Assembly (NCBI GenBank): GCA_048500275.1
Contig: JASNYI010000001.1
Coordinates: 484,341 to 548,340, forward strand
Length of the DNA: 64,000 nt
DNA from: Thermoanaerobaculia bacterium
GTDB lineage: Bacteria > Acidobacteriota > Thermoanaerobaculia > UBA5066
Direction: 5' to 3'
The position numbers were made by a program, and so were the translations under genes. Below, one piece after another: positions 45,024-55,659 of this stretch (position 1 is the first letter of the stretch; each line of letters begins with the position of its first letter). Below the pieces are notes generated by a model. That model saw only the letters and a list, made by a program, of their open reading frames with translations. It made no database searches and was not told the origin of the DNA.

Positions 45024-45734
45024 TCAGCGGATCCAGTGCCGGGCCACGGGGCGGCGGCGGGGCTTCAGGATCAGGAGCAGGGCGATTCCGGCCGCGAAGC
45101 CCCCGACGTGGGCCCACCAGGCTACCCCTCCAGCAGCCGCCCCCGCCTCCCCGGAGACGGACAGAGACAGCGTCCCCTGCCAGAACTGGAGGAGGAACCA
45201 GAGGAGGAGGAAGAGGAAGGCCGGGACCTCGACGAGGGGAAAGAGGAAGAAGAGCGGCAGGAGCGTGACGACACGGGCGTGCGGGTAGAGGACGAAGTAG
45301 GCGCCGAGGACGCCGGCGATCGCGCCGGAGGCGCCCACCATCGGGACGAGCGACGTCGGGGCGAGGAGCCCCTGCAGGAGCGCCGCGAGGGCTCCGCTCC
45401 CGGCGTAGAAGACGAGATAGCGGCCGTGCCCGAGCGCGTCCTCGACGTTGTCGCCGAAGACCCAGAGGAAGAGCATGTTCCCGGCGAGGTGCAGGAATCC
45501 GCCGTGGAGGAACATCGAGCTCACGAGGCCGGTCAGGCCGAGCGAGAAGCTCCCCGGCCCGAGCTCGGCCGGGTGGAAGAGGCGGGCCGGGACGAAACCG
45601 AAAGCCTGCACGAGCGCCTCGCCCCGGTTCCCCGCGAGGAGCTGGAGGACGAAGGCGCCGACGCAGGCGGCGATGAGGGCGCCGTTGACGATGGGAACGG
45701 AGCGGCTCGGGATCGTGTCGCGAAGGGGGATCAA
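45024..45734 (-). CDS. Rhomboid-family intramembrane serine protease
   Basis: The sequence has GASGAIAGVLGAYF (catalytic Ser in the GxSG motif) and AHVGGFAAGIAL (catalytic His). The probable TTG start at 45734 gives TLIPLRD..., the conserved rhomboid N-terminus. The ORF track extends to 45854. Confidence 0.7.
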   Translation of the reverse strand: MIPLRDTIPSRSVPIVNGALIAACVGAFVLQLLAGNRGEALVQAFGFVPARLFHPAELGPGSFSLGLTGLVSSMFLHGGFLHLAGNMLFLWVFGDNVEDALGHGRYLVFYAGSGALAALLQGLLAPTSLVPMVGASGAIAGVLGAYFVLYPHARVVTLLPLFFLFPLVEVPAFLFLLLWFLLQFWQGTLSLSVSGEAGAAAGGVAWWAHVGGFAAGIALLLILKPRRRPVARHWIR

Positions 45735-45790
45735 GGTGCGCGGATGATACGGGCGGAAGCGACGGGCCCTCGCCGGCCGGACTGTGCGCC

Positions 45791-45820
45791 AAACGAAACG
45801 CCCCGGGGAGACCCGGGGCG
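45791..45820 (-). terminator. Rho-independent terminator downstream of the HU gene
   Basis: A 9-bp GC stem (cgccccggg / cccggggcg) with a GAGA loop is followed on the minus strand by TTTCGTTTGG. Confidence 0.55.
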
Positions 45821-45884
45821 CCGCGGAGAACTCGCCTCCGCGCAGTGGGGCCATGGGGGCCCCTCGCGTCGGTCGTCGGGGACC

Positions 45885-46172
45885 CTACTTCCGCTTCTTG
45901 TTGAGAAGGGTCTTGAGGTCCTTGCCGGCCTTGAACTTGGCGACCTTCGACGCGGCGATCTTGATCTTCGCCTTCGTCTGCGGGTTGATGCCGACGCGGG
46001 CCTTGCGATCGGCCACGCTGAAGATCCCGAGGCCCGGGACGGCGACGCGCTCGCCCTTCTTCAGGTTGTCGCTGATCGAGTCCACGAAGGCCTCGAACGC
46101 GGACGTCGCGTCCTTCTTCGACAGCTCCGTCTGCTTGGAAATCGCCTCGACGATCTCGGCTTTGCCTGCCAT
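45885..46172 (-). CDS. HU/IHF-family nucleoid-associated DNA-binding protein with Lys-rich C-terminal tail
   Basis: The 95-aa protein reads MAGKAEIVEAISKQTELSKKDATSAFEAFVDSISDNLKKGERVAVPGLGIFSVADRKARVGINPQTKAKIKI... This is the HU fold plus a C-terminal KDLKTLLNKKRK tail. Confidence 0.9.
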   Translation of the reverse strand: MAGKAEIVEAISKQTELSKKDATSAFEAFVDSISDNLKKGERVAVPGLGIFSVADRKARVGINPQTKAKIKIAASKVAKFKAGKDLKTLLNKKRK

Positions 46173-46255
46173 GTGCGGATTCCTCCTCTTTCTTCTGTTC
46201 CGTGCTGTTCCCGGGTTTTCGCCCCGGAAAGCGTCACGATTCGCTGATCGGCGGA

Positions 46256-46284
46256 AATGTAGGATTCCGCCCGGACCTTGTCAA
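46256..46284 (-). promoter_or_regulatory. Sigma-70-type promoter of the HU gene (TTGACA - 17 nt - TACATT)
   Basis: The minus strand reads cgTTGACAaggtccgggcggaatccTACATTtcc. It has a consensus -35 element, an exact 17-nt spacer, and lies about 80 nt upstream of the HU ATG. Confidence 0.55.
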
Positions 46285-46300
46285 CGAAAAACCCGCTTGT

Positions 46301-47647
46301 TCAGCGGCTCGGAATGCCCTTCCGGAGGACGACGGCCGAAAAGCCGTCGTTCGCGGGACCCGGAGCGACCCGGAAGATCCCGTCCGGACGGAGCGCAGAC
46401 AGGAGCGGCGCCGGGAGAAGGGGCTCCTCCGGGCGCTCGACGGCCGCGTCGTCGCGCCCGGCGAGAACTGCGGCGACGACCCCCTCGTTTTCCTCCGGTT
46501 CGAGAGAGCAGGTGACGTAGACGACGCTCCCGCCGGGGGCGCAGAGGTCGAGGGCGGCCGCGAGGAGCAAGGCCTGGGCGCGGGCGAAGGCCGGAAGGTC
46601 GGACTGCAAGAGGCGCCAGCGGATCTCCGGGTTCTTCCGGAGCGTCCCGGTTCCCGAGCAGGGGGCGTCGAGGAGAACGGAACGGAAGGAGGCGCGCGGC
46701 AGCGGCGGGAACGCCGAGTCGGCGCGGACGACGAGGACCTCGTCCCGGCGCCCGGCCGCGGCGAGGCCGGCGGCGAGCCGGCGCGAGCGCGTCGGGTTGC
46801 GCTCGAGGGCGACGACACGCCGCGCCTTCCCTCGAGCGAGGAGGGTCCTCGTCTTCCCGCCGGGAGCGGCCGCCAGGTCGACGACGACGTCCGCCGGCTC
46901 GACGAGCTCGCACATCGCCTGAGCCGCCACGTCCACCACCGCGAGGCGCCCCGAGGCGATCGCCGGGTGGCTCCCGGCCGAGGCCGTCGAGAGCGTGAGC
47001 GCGAGGGGCGCCCAGGGCGACGGTTCTCCGTCGAGCCCCTCCCGACGCAGGCTCTCGCGCAGCTCCTCGACACCCCCGCCTCGCGGGTCGAGGAGGACGT
47101 CGACCGGCGCGTCGACGTCGTCGGCGCGGAGCGCGGCCTCCGCCGCCTCCTCCCCGAGGTCCTCCGCCCAGCGCCGCACGAGCCACTCCGGGTGCGACGT
47201 CTCGAGCGCGAGGCGCACGAGGCGGTCGGTTCCCGCGGGGAGGAGGACCCTCGCGGGCCGTCCCCCGGACGCGACGCGGCGGAGCACCGCGTTGACGAGC
47301 CCCGCGGCACGCGGCGTGCGTGTCCGCACGACCTCCACCGTCTCGCCGACGGCCGCGTGCGCCGGGATCCTCTCGAGGAGGAGGAGCTGGGCCGCGCCGG
47401 CCCGCAGCGCGCCCCTCACGTCCGGGTCTAGGGACTCGAGAGGACGGGAGAGGCTCCGCGAGAGGACGTGGTCGAGGAGGGAGCGGTTCCTGAGGACCGA
47501 CCTGACGATCGTCCGGAGCAGCGGCCTGTCGCGCGGCGGAAGGACCCCCTCCCGCGCCGCAAGGAGGGGCGCGGCGAATGCGCGGTCCCTCTCGACGCGC
47601 ACGAGGACCTCGACGGCGAGGGCGCGGACGGAGACGGGGGCCGTCAC
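46301..47647 (-). CDS. rsmB: 16S rRNA (cytosine967-C5)-methyltransferase RsmB/Sun
   Basis: An N-terminal NusB-like region is followed by an MTase core (DLAAAPGGKT; LDAPCSGTG). The GTG start overlaps the fmt stop (GTGA). It is the downstream part of ORF 46301..47884. Confidence 0.85.
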   Translation of the reverse strand: MTAPVSVRALAVEVLVRVERDRAFAAPLLAAREGVLPPRDRPLLRTIVRSVLRNRSLLDHVLSRSLSRPLESLDPDVRGALRAGAAQLLLLERIPAHAAVGETVEVVRTRTPRAAGLVNAVLRRVASGGRPARVLLPAGTDRLVRLALETSHPEWLVRRWAEDLGEEAAEAALRADDVDAPVDVLLDPRGGGVEELRESLRREGLDGEPSPWAPLALTLSTASAGSHPAIASGRLAVVDVAAQAMCELVEPADVVVDLAAAPGGKTRTLLARGKARRVVALERNPTRSRRLAAGLAAAGRRDEVLVVRADSAFPPLPRASFRSVLLDAPCSGTGTLRKNPEIRWRLLQSDLPAFARAQALLLAAALDLCAPGGSVVYVTCSLEPEENEGVVAAVLAGRDDAAVERPEEPLLPAPLLSALRPDGIFRVAPGPANDGFSAVVLRKGIPSR

Positions 47648-48570
47648 GACCAGGTCTCGCCCGGGGCGACCCGTTCGCCCCGCGCGAACGACGCGGCATC
47701 CAGGGGCTTGCGGCCCTCGGCCTGCAGGCGCGTCAGGGAGAGCGCCCCTCGGCCGCAGGCGACGACGATCTCGTCCGAGGCCGCGAGGACCTCGCCCGGG
47801 GCGGCGCCCTCCCGTCCGTCCGACTCTCTCGCCTGGAGGAGCTTGACCCGCTTCCCCGCGCGGAACGCGAAGAGCCCGGGCCACGGGGTGAACGCGCGGA
47901 GGCGGCGGACGAGCTCGACGGCGGGACGCGAGAAGTCGGCCTGGCCGTCCTCGCGCCGGATCTTCGGGCAGAGCGTGGCGAGCGCGTCGTCCTGCGCCAC
48001 GGGAACGGCGGTGCCGTCCGCGATCCGCGGGAGCGTCGCGACGAGGAGCGCCGCGCCCTCCCGCGCGAGCCGCCCCGAGAGGACGCCGGCGTCCTCGCCA
48101 CCGCCGATCGGCGTCCGGGCGACGGCGAAGACCGGGCCGGTGTCCATCCCCGCCTCCATCCTCATGATCGACACGCCCGTCTCCGCGTCCCCCGAAAGGA
48201 GCGCCGCCTGGACGGGCGAGGCGCCGCGCCAGCGCGGCAGGACCGACCCGTGGACGTTCACGCAGCCGAGCCGCGGCAGGTCGAGTACGCGCTGGGCGAG
48301 GATCTTCCCGTAGGCGACGACGACGAAGAGGTCGGCCTCCGTGCCGGCGAGGCGCGCGAAGGCGCCTTCGTCTTTCAGCGTCGGCGGCTGGAAGACGGCG
48401 AGGCCGAGCTCGCGGGCACGCCGCGCGACGGGCGGGTCGGCGGGAACCCCCGAGCGGCCGACGGGCTTCGCCGGCTGCGAGACGGCGAGGACGACCTCGT
48501 GCCCCGCGGCGACGACCGCCTCGAGCGACGGGAGGGCGAAGTCGGGGGAGCCGAAGAAGCCGACGCGCAT
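47644..48570 (-). CDS. fmt: Methionyl-tRNA formyltransferase
   Basis: The sequence MRVGFFGSPDFALPSLEAVVAAGHEVVLAVSQPAKPVGR...CVNVHGSVLPRWRGASPVQAALLSGDAETGVSIM carries the SLLP and HxSLLPxxRG motifs. It is the C-terminal 308 aa of ORF 47644..49998. Confidence 0.9.
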   Translation of the reverse strand: MRVGFFGSPDFALPSLEAVVAAGHEVVLAVSQPAKPVGRSGVPADPPVARRARELGLAVFQPPTLKDEGAFARLAGTEADLFVVVAYGKILAQRVLDLPRLGCVNVHGSVLPRWRGASPVQAALLSGDAETGVSIMRMEAGMDTGPVFAVARTPIGGGEDAGVLSGRLAREGAALLVATLPRIADGTAVPVAQDDALATLCPKIRREDGQADFSRPAVELVRRLRAFTPWPGLFAFRAGKRVKLLQARESDGREGAAPGEVLAASDEIVVACGRGALSLTRLQAEGRKPLDAASFARGERVAPGETWS

Positions 48571-48590
48571 CCGGGCCTGGTCGGTTCTCG

Positions 48591-51056
48591 TCAGCGCGGC
48601 TGCCGGTCGACGTCGTCGTAGTAGTCGGGCGGGACGAGGACGTCGCGGCTCTTGGCGCCGCCGGAGGGCGGGCCGACGATCCCGTCGCGCTGCATCATGT
48701 CGATGAGCTTGCCGGCGCGGGAGAAGCCGATCTCGAGCCGGCGCTGGAGGAACGAGATCGAGGCCATCCTCTCCCTCACGACGAGGCGCGCCGCCTGGTC
48801 GTACATCGGGTCGGCGTCGTCGGCGCCCGCCTTCCCGCCGCGGCCGTTCCCCTCCATCACCGGGTCGCGGTCGGCCGTGACCGACTCGTCGTAGATCGGC
48901 TTGGCCTGCTTCTTCAGGAAGCGGCAGATCTCCTTGATCTCCTCGCCCGAGACGTACCCGCCGTGGACCCGCTGCAGGTACGACGTCCCGGGCGGCAGGA
49001 AGAGCATGTCCCCCTGCCCGAGAAGCGCCTCGGCCCCGGTGGCGTCGAGGATCGTCCTCGCGTCGATCTTGGTCCGCGTCGTGTACGAGATGCGGCAGGG
49101 CAGGTTCGCCTTGATCGTCCCGGTGATGACGTCGACGGACGGGCGCTGGGTCGCCAGGATCAGGTGGATGCCCACGGCGCGCGCCTTCTGCGCGAGGCGG
49201 GCGACCGATTCCTCGATGTCCTTCGGGGCGGTCATCATCAGGTCGGCCAGCTCGTCGATGACGACGACGATGTAGGGCATCGGCGAGATCGTCCCGTCGG
49301 GCCCGTCGGCCTTCAGCTTCTCGCCCAGCTTCTCCCTCACCTCGGCGAGCGCCTCGGGGTCCCGGATCGCCGCGTTGTACTGCTCGATGTTGCGGACGCC
49401 GGGCCACTCGGAGAGGAGCTTGTAGCGCCCCTCCATCTCGTCCACGGCCCACTTCAGGGCGTTCGCCGCCTTTTTCGGGTCGACGACGACCGGCACGAGG
49501 AGGTGCGGCAGGTCGTCGTAGTCCTTCATGTCGTTCATCTTCGGGTCGACGAAGATGAACTTCACCTCGTCGGGGCGCGCCTTGTAGAGGATCGACGTGA
49601 TCATCCCGTTCACGCCGACGCTCTTGCCCGCGCCCGTCATCCCCGCGACGAGGAGGTGCGGCATCCGCGCGAGGTCCGCGACGACGGGCGTCCCCTCGAC
49701 GTCGATGCCGAGGGCGATCGTCAGGAGCGACGGGGAGCGCTTGAACTTCTCGCTCTCGACGATCTCCCGGAGCGAGATGAGGTCTCGGTTCCTGTTCGGC
49801 ACCTCGATGCCGATCGCGGCCCGCCCCGGGATCCGCTCGATGCGGACCTTCTCCGCCGCCAGCGCGAGGGCCAGGTCGTTCTCGAGGCCGGAGACCTGCG
49901 CGACCTTGACGCCGGCCGAGGGCTTGAACTCGTAGGTCGTGACGACCGGCCCGGGCCGGTAGCTGTCGACGACCCCTTCCACGCCGAACTCGAGGCACTT
50001 GGCCGCGATGAGCTCCATCGTCTGCTGGAACTCCTCGCGCGTCTTGTCCCGGTCCCGCTTCGGCGCGGGCCGGAGGAGCTTCTCGGGCGGGAAGATCCAG
50101 CCGTTCGACTCCTTGGGGGAGGGGAACGGGAGGACCCTCTGCGGGGGCGCCTCCACCCTCTTCAGCTGCGCGGGACGCGCGACGGGAGACGGGCGGGAGG
50201 GAGACGCCGGCGACGGAGCGCCCCCCGCCGAGACCTCCGCCCCGGAGACGCCCGGCCCCGCCGCCGCACGCCGGACCGAAAACTGCCCGGAGCCGCTCCT
50301 CTCCCTCACACGGAGAGCCGCCAGGGACGGGATGGGGACGACCTCGCCCCCCTCCTCTTCCTCCTCGGCCTCGGCGGGAGGCGTCTCGCGCGCCCGCTCG
50401 AGGTGCTTCTGCACGACCGCGCGCCGGGTCCGCTCCTTCTCCTCCGTCTGCCTCCTCCGTTCCCTCTCGACCTTCCAGACCGCCCAGGACGCCGAGGCCC
50501 TGAGGAACGTGCGCCTCAGCGCATCGCCCAGGGAGAGCGAGGCGACGAGGAGGACGCCGATGAGAAGGCCGGCGGAGAGGGCGATCGCGGCGCCGGGAGG
50601 GTTCAGGGCCGCCACGAACGCCCCTGCGACGAGGTCCCCCACGAACCCCCCCGCCCCGAGGCTCCCGCCGAGGAGCTGCGGGCGCCCGAAGGCGAGGTGG
50701 CAGAGGGGGGAGGCCGTGAGGAGGACGACCGAGAGGCCGAGGGCCTTCGTCCCCCAGGCCCCGAGGGCTCGCGAACGGAATCGGGCGGCGCCGAGCGCGA
50801 GGACGACGAGCGGCAGGACGAACGCGGCGAACCCGAAGAACTGCAGGGCGCCGTCGGCGAAGGATGCGCCGACGCGTCCCGCCCAGTTGCCCGGTCTGGC
50901 GTCGGGGTCCGCGACGGAGGAGAAGAGCGACGGATCGACGGGATCGTAGGAGAAGAGGGCCGCCAGAAGGAGCAGACCGGCCGCGAGGACGAGGATGCCG
51001 AGAAACTCGTCTCGCCGGCGGTGGGGGACTTCGGGCTTGCGGGAGGTTTCGGCCAT
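48591..51056 (-). CDS. ftsK: DNA translocase FtsK
   Basis: The protein has N-terminal TM helices, a linker and a motor domain (LLVAGMTGAGKSVGVNGMI; VVVIDELADLMM; ATQRPSVDVITGTIKANL), plus a gamma domain (SISFLQRRLEIGFSRAGKLID). The ATG start at 51056 lies inside the longer ORF. Confidence 0.92.
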   Translation of the reverse strand: MAETSRKPEVPHRRRDEFLGILVLAAGLLLLAALFSYDPVDPSLFSSVADPDARPGNWAGRVGASFADGALQFFGFAAFVLPLVVLALGAARFRSRALGAWGTKALGLSVVLLTASPLCHLAFGRPQLLGGSLGAGGFVGDLVAGAFVAALNPPGAAIALSAGLLIGVLLVASLSLGDALRRTFLRASASWAVWKVERERRRQTEEKERTRRAVVQKHLERARETPPAEAEEEEEGGEVVPIPSLAALRVRERSGSGQFSVRRAAAGPGVSGAEVSAGGAPSPASPSRPSPVARPAQLKRVEAPPQRVLPFPSPKESNGWIFPPEKLLRPAPKRDRDKTREEFQQTMELIAAKCLEFGVEGVVDSYRPGPVVTTYEFKPSAGVKVAQVSGLENDLALALAAEKVRIERIPGRAAIGIEVPNRNRDLISLREIVESEKFKRSPSLLTIALGIDVEGTPVVADLARMPHLLVAGMTGAGKSVGVNGMITSILYKARPDEVKFIFVDPKMNDMKDYDDLPHLLVPVVVDPKKAANALKWAVDEMEGRYKLLSEWPGVRNIEQYNAAIRDPEALAEVREKLGEKLKADGPDGTISPMPYIVVVIDELADLMMTAPKDIEESVARLAQKARAVGIHLILATQRPSVDVITGTIKANLPCRISYTTRTKIDARTILDATGAEALLGQGDMLFLPPGTSYLQRVHGGYVSGEEIKEICRFLKKQAKPIYDESVTADRDPVMEGNGRGGKAGADDADPMYDQAARLVVRERMASISFLQRRLEIGFSRAGKLIDMMQRDGIVGPPSGGAKSRDVLVPPDYYDDVDRQPR

Positions 51057-51061
51057 CGGCG

Positions 51062-51898
51062 TCAGAGGAGGCCCGCGACGAGGACCGCGGTGCCGAGGAG
51101 CGCGCAGTAGAGGACGAAGGGCTGGAGCTTCATGGAGACGACGACGCGGAGGAGGGTGGCGACGGCCGCATAGCCGACGACGGCCGCGGTCGCCATCCCG
51201 GCGAAGTAGACGCCGGCGTGGCTCCCGTCCAGGACGAGGTGCCCCGTCGCGCGGTACTCGCTGACGTTCTCGACGAGGGCCGCGGCGAGGATGGTGGGGA
51301 CCGAGAGGAGAAAGGCGTACTCGGCCGCCGCGCGGCGCGAGAGGCCGGCGAAGAGACCCATCGAGATCGTGTTGCCCGAGCGCGAGAGGCCGCGGAAGAG
51401 AGCCGAGAGGGTCTGGAAGGCTCCGATCAGGAGGGCGTCGGACAACCTCATCTCCTCGAGCGTCCTCCCGCCTTCGCCCCGCCTCGCGCCGACGGCCTGC
51501 GCGGCCGCGAGGAGCACTGCCGTCGTGAGGAGGCCGAGCCCCATCCGGGGGAGGTCGTCCATCCCGTCCAGGGCGAACTGCTTGAGCGGCAGCGTGAACG
51601 CGCCCGTGGCGGCGACCGAGACGGCGAGGAGGCCCGCGACCTTCCACGCGGCGCGGCGGGCCGCGGCGTCGCGGGAGACCGAATCCCGGAGGAGGCCGCC
51701 GATCTTCTCCCGGAAGTAGACGACGACGGCGACGAGGGTCCCGACGTGCAGCATGACGTCGAAGAGGATCCCGGGCTGCGAGAAGCCGGGCAGCAGCCTC
51801 TGGGCGAGGATGAGGTGGGCGCTCGAGGAGACCGGCAGAAACTCGGTCAGACCCTGCAAGGCCCCCAGCAGGATCGCCTGCCAGAACGTGACCGACAT
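51062..51898 (-). CDS. uppP: Undecaprenyl-diphosphate phosphatase UppP/BacA
   Basis: The 278-aa protein has LGALQGLTEFLPVSSSAHL and LSRSGNTISMGLFAGLSRRAAAEYAFLLSVP, the conserved BacA motifs. Confidence 0.9.
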   Translation of the reverse strand: MSVTFWQAILLGALQGLTEFLPVSSSAHLILAQRLLPGFSQPGILFDVMLHVGTLVAVVVYFREKIGGLLRDSVSRDAAARRAAWKVAGLLAVSVAATGAFTLPLKQFALDGMDDLPRMGLGLLTTAVLLAAAQAVGARRGEGGRTLEEMRLSDALLIGAFQTLSALFRGLSRSGNTISMGLFAGLSRRAAAEYAFLLSVPTILAAALVENVSEYRATGHLVLDGSHAGVYFAGMATAAVVGYAAVATLLRVVVSMKLQPFVLYCALLGTAVLVAGLL

Positions 51899-51937
51899 CG
51901 ATGGAGTTTAGCAGGCCGCGGGCTGCGCCCCGCGCCG

Positions 51938-52745
51938 TCAGCGGCCCGGAGCGGCTCCCGGGCGGGGGCCGAGGAGGCTGGCGAGCCCGAGGAAGGCCTC
52001 CGGCTCCAGCTCTTCCGCCCGGGCCGTCGGCGGTAGCCCGGCGCCGGCCACGGCCGCCGCCGCCGGCTCCCTCCCCCAGGCCGCGCCCAGCGCGTTCGTC
52101 AGCGTCTTGCGGCGGACCGCGAAACCCGCCGAGGCGACGGAGATCGCGGCCGCGGCCCCCTCGACGGGAGCGAAGGGAACGAGCTCGACGACGGTCGAGA
52201 CGACCTTCGGGCGCGGGGAGAAGTCCCCCGGGGGGACGTCGAAGAGCCGGCGCGCCTTCGCGTGGAACGCGACGTCGACCGAGAGGAAACCGTATCCCTC
52301 GCCGCCCGGGCGGCCGCAGAGGCGCTCGGCCACCTCGCGCTGGACCATGACGACGAGACGCGAGAAGAGGTCGGCGCGGCGCGCGAAGGCGCGGACCATG
52401 GGGGTGGCCGATTCGTACGGCAGGTTCGCCACGAGGGGCACGGGCGGCGCGGCGCCGACCTCGGCGAGGGGCTCCGCAGGGTCGAGGGCGAGGGCGTCGG
52501 CCTGGACGACCCGGAGCGACTCGCCCCCGAGCTCCTCCGAAAGGCGCGAGGCGAGGCGCGCGTCGACCTCGATCGCGACGACCCGGACGCCCCGGGCCAG
52601 GAGCGGGCGGGTCAGGGCGCCGCGGCCCGGGCCCACCTCCACGACCCAGCTCTCCGCGGCGGCGCCGAGCGCGTCGACGATCCGCGCCGCCGTCCGGGGG
52701 CTCGAGAGGAAGTTCTGCCCGAGCCGGGGCCTCCTTGACGCTCTC
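51938..52745 (-). CDS. rsmA: 16S rRNA (adenine1518/1519-N6)-dimethyltransferase RsmA/KsgA
   Basis: The GTG start gives VRASRRPRLGQNFLSSPRTAARIV..., and EVGPGRGALTRPLL and ANLPYESATP are present. It is the downstream part of ORF 51938..53014. Confidence 0.85.
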
Positions 52746-52822
52746 ACGAGCCCCAACCTACCATGCCCGGCGGTCTCTGCCCCCCAGGCGGCGACGCGCT
52801 TTGCGGATAGAAAGGAACCCGT

Positions 52823-53152
52823 ATGGCAGGAAACGTCCAGGAGTTCACCGCCTCGAGCTTCGACGAGGTGGTGCTCAAGAGCGACAAGCCCGTCCTCGTC
52901 GATTTCTGGGCCGTCTGGTGCGGCCCGTGCCGCCAGGTGGCCCCCGTCGTCGAGGCCCTGGCAGGGAAGTGGGGAGAGACGGTCAAGGTCGGCAAGGTCA
53001 ACGTCGACGACCATCCGTCCATCGCCGAGAAGTACAACATCATGTCGATCCCGACGCTGATGCTCTTCAAGGACGGAGTCGTCGTCGAGCGCGTCATCGG
53101 GTTCGCGTCCCAGGCCGCCCTCGAGCAGAAGTTCCAGCAGTACGTCGCCTGA
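52823..53152 (+). CDS. trxA: Thioredoxin
   Basis: The 109-aa protein has the WCGPC active site (VLVDFWAVWCGPCRQVAP). Confidence 0.95.
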   Translation: MAGNVQEFTASSFDEVVLKSDKPVLVDFWAVWCGPCRQVAPVVEALAGKWGETVKVGKVNVDDHPSIAEKYNIMSIPTLMLFKDGVVVERVIGFASQAALEQKFQQYVA

Positions 53153-53191
53153 GCCCCCGCGCGGGCTCGTCCCCGGGGCGGGCCCGTCGGG

Positions 53192-53599
53192 TCAGGGCGG
53201 CGGCGTCGACTTCGGCGACGCCACCGGGCCCGGCAGGATCCGGCGCGCGACCGGCCCTTCGGGCGTGTCGACGTAGAGGACCCTCAGCCGGACGCCCCTC
53301 TTGACGTCGGTCTCGATCCGGGTCTCCCCGTCGACCCGGAAGACCCGTCCCGTCGACCCCACCTCCGCGACGACGAGGTGCTGGCCGGGCGTGAACTCCA
53401 TGCACGAGCCGGCCGCCCGGAGATAGCGGGTCGGAGTCGGAGTCGGAGCCGGCGTCGGAGCCGGCGTCGGAGTCGGCCTGGCGGAGCGGCTCTTCTTCGT
53501 GCTTTTCGTGGCCTTCGCACCTTCGGCCGCGGGCGCGGGCAGCAGGAGCACGAGGCCGAGGAGCGCCACGGGGGCGAGGGAGAAGAAGGGCCTTCGCAT
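53192..53599 (-). CDS. Hypothetical secreted protein with Pro-Thr repeat linker
   Basis: The 136-aa protein has a signal peptide (MRRPFFSLAPVALLGLVLLLPAPAAEGA), a repeat PTPTPAPTPAPTPTPT, and a C-terminal beta-rich domain. It is the C-terminal part of ORF 53192..54670. Confidence 0.55.
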   Translation of the reverse strand: MRRPFFSLAPVALLGLVLLLPAPAAEGAKATKSTKKSRSARPTPTPAPTPAPTPTPTRYLRAAGSCMEFTPGQHLVVAEVGSTGRVFRVDGETRIETDVKRGVRLRVLYVDTPEGPVARRILPGPVASPKSTPPP

Positions 53600-53749
53600 C
53601 GGCCTCGGCAGGATAGCCGAGGCGCGCCGCCGGGGTACGGCACCGGCGTTGCTCGTAAGGCGGCACGGACCCGCCAGAGCGCCAGAACGGCAGCGGCCCG
53701 CCCGTGAAACGTCCGCCGCGCGCACCATTTTGACGCGCACCGAGGAACG

Positions 53750-54760
<1,011 letters not shown>

Positions 54761-54774
54761 GGGGTCCCTTCGCC

Positions 54775-55659
54775 ATGCTGCCGCGCGAGGTCGTCCGGAA
54801 GATCCAGCGGATCCGGATCACGACGAACCGGATGGTCGACGCCGGTCTCGGCGGGGAGTACCACTCCGTCTTCCGCGGGCGGGGCATGGAGTTCTCCGAG
54901 GTCCGCGCCTACGTCCCGGGCGACGACGTGAGGTCCATCGACTGGAACGTCACGGCGAGGACGGGCGTCCCCCACGTGAAGAAGTTCGTCGAGGAGCGCG
55001 ACCTGACCGCCCTCCTCGTCCTCGACCTCTCGCGTTCCCTCGAGTTCGGCTCGCGCTTCCTGACGAAGCGCTCGCTGATGGCCGAGCTGGCCGGCCTCCT
55101 CGCGTTCGCGGCGGTGAAGAACAACGACCGGGTCGGCGCACTCCTCTTCACCGACCGGCTCGAGCGCTTCGTCCCCCCGCGCAAGGGCTTCGACCACGCT
55201 CTCTCCATCCTCCGCGACGTCCTCGTCCAGCCGATGCAGGGAACGCGCACCGACCTCGCCCTCGCCCTCCGGACCGCCGCCTCGCTCCTCAAGCAGCGAT
55301 CCGTCGTCTTCGTCCTCTCCGACTTCCACGCCCCCGACTACGAGAAGCCGCTGAAGGTCCTCCGCCGGCGGCACGACGTCGTCGCCATGCCGATCGCCGA
55401 CCCGCTCGAGTCGGCCCTCCCCGACCGCGGGCTCGTGAGGCTCCGCGACTCCGAGACGGGGACGACGCGCGTCTTCGACGCCGGGGACCCGGCGTTCCGG
55501 GCGGCGTGGCAGAAGCGCGGGCGGCCGTTCCCCGACCCCGTCGAGCTCTTCCGCGCCTCGGGCATCGACTCGATCCCGCTCTCGACCGACGCGCCCTACG
55601 AGCGCGCCCTCGTCCGCTTCTTCAAGGAGCGCGAGCGGAGGAGGTCGGCCGGCCGGTGA
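54775..55659 (+). CDS. DUF58-domain protein (vWA-like, MoxR partner)
   Basis: The 294-aa protein has GEYHSVFRGRGMEFSEVRAYVPGDDVRSIDWNVTAR, the DUF58 signature. Confidence 0.85.
   Translation: MLPREVVRKIQRIRITTNRMVDAGLGGEYHSVFRGRGMEFSEVRAYVPGDDVRSIDWNVTARTGVPHVKKFVEERDLTALLVLDLSRSLEFGSRFLTKRSLMAELAGLLAFAAVKNNDRVGALLFTDRLERFVPPRKGFDHALSILRDVLVQPMQGTRTDLALALRTAASLLKQRSVVFVLSDFHAPDYEKPLKVLRRRHDVVAMPIADPLESALPDRGLVRLRDSETGTTRVFDAGDPAFRAAWQKRGRPFPDPVELFRASGIDSIPLSTDAPYERALVRFFKERERRRSAGR

Noticed and set aside
46278-46300. A possible terminator after rsmB (gagccgctgaacaagcgggttttt on the minus strand).
   Set aside because: The stem is only 4-5 bp, so it is too weak to call. The T-run could belong to the HU promoter region instead.
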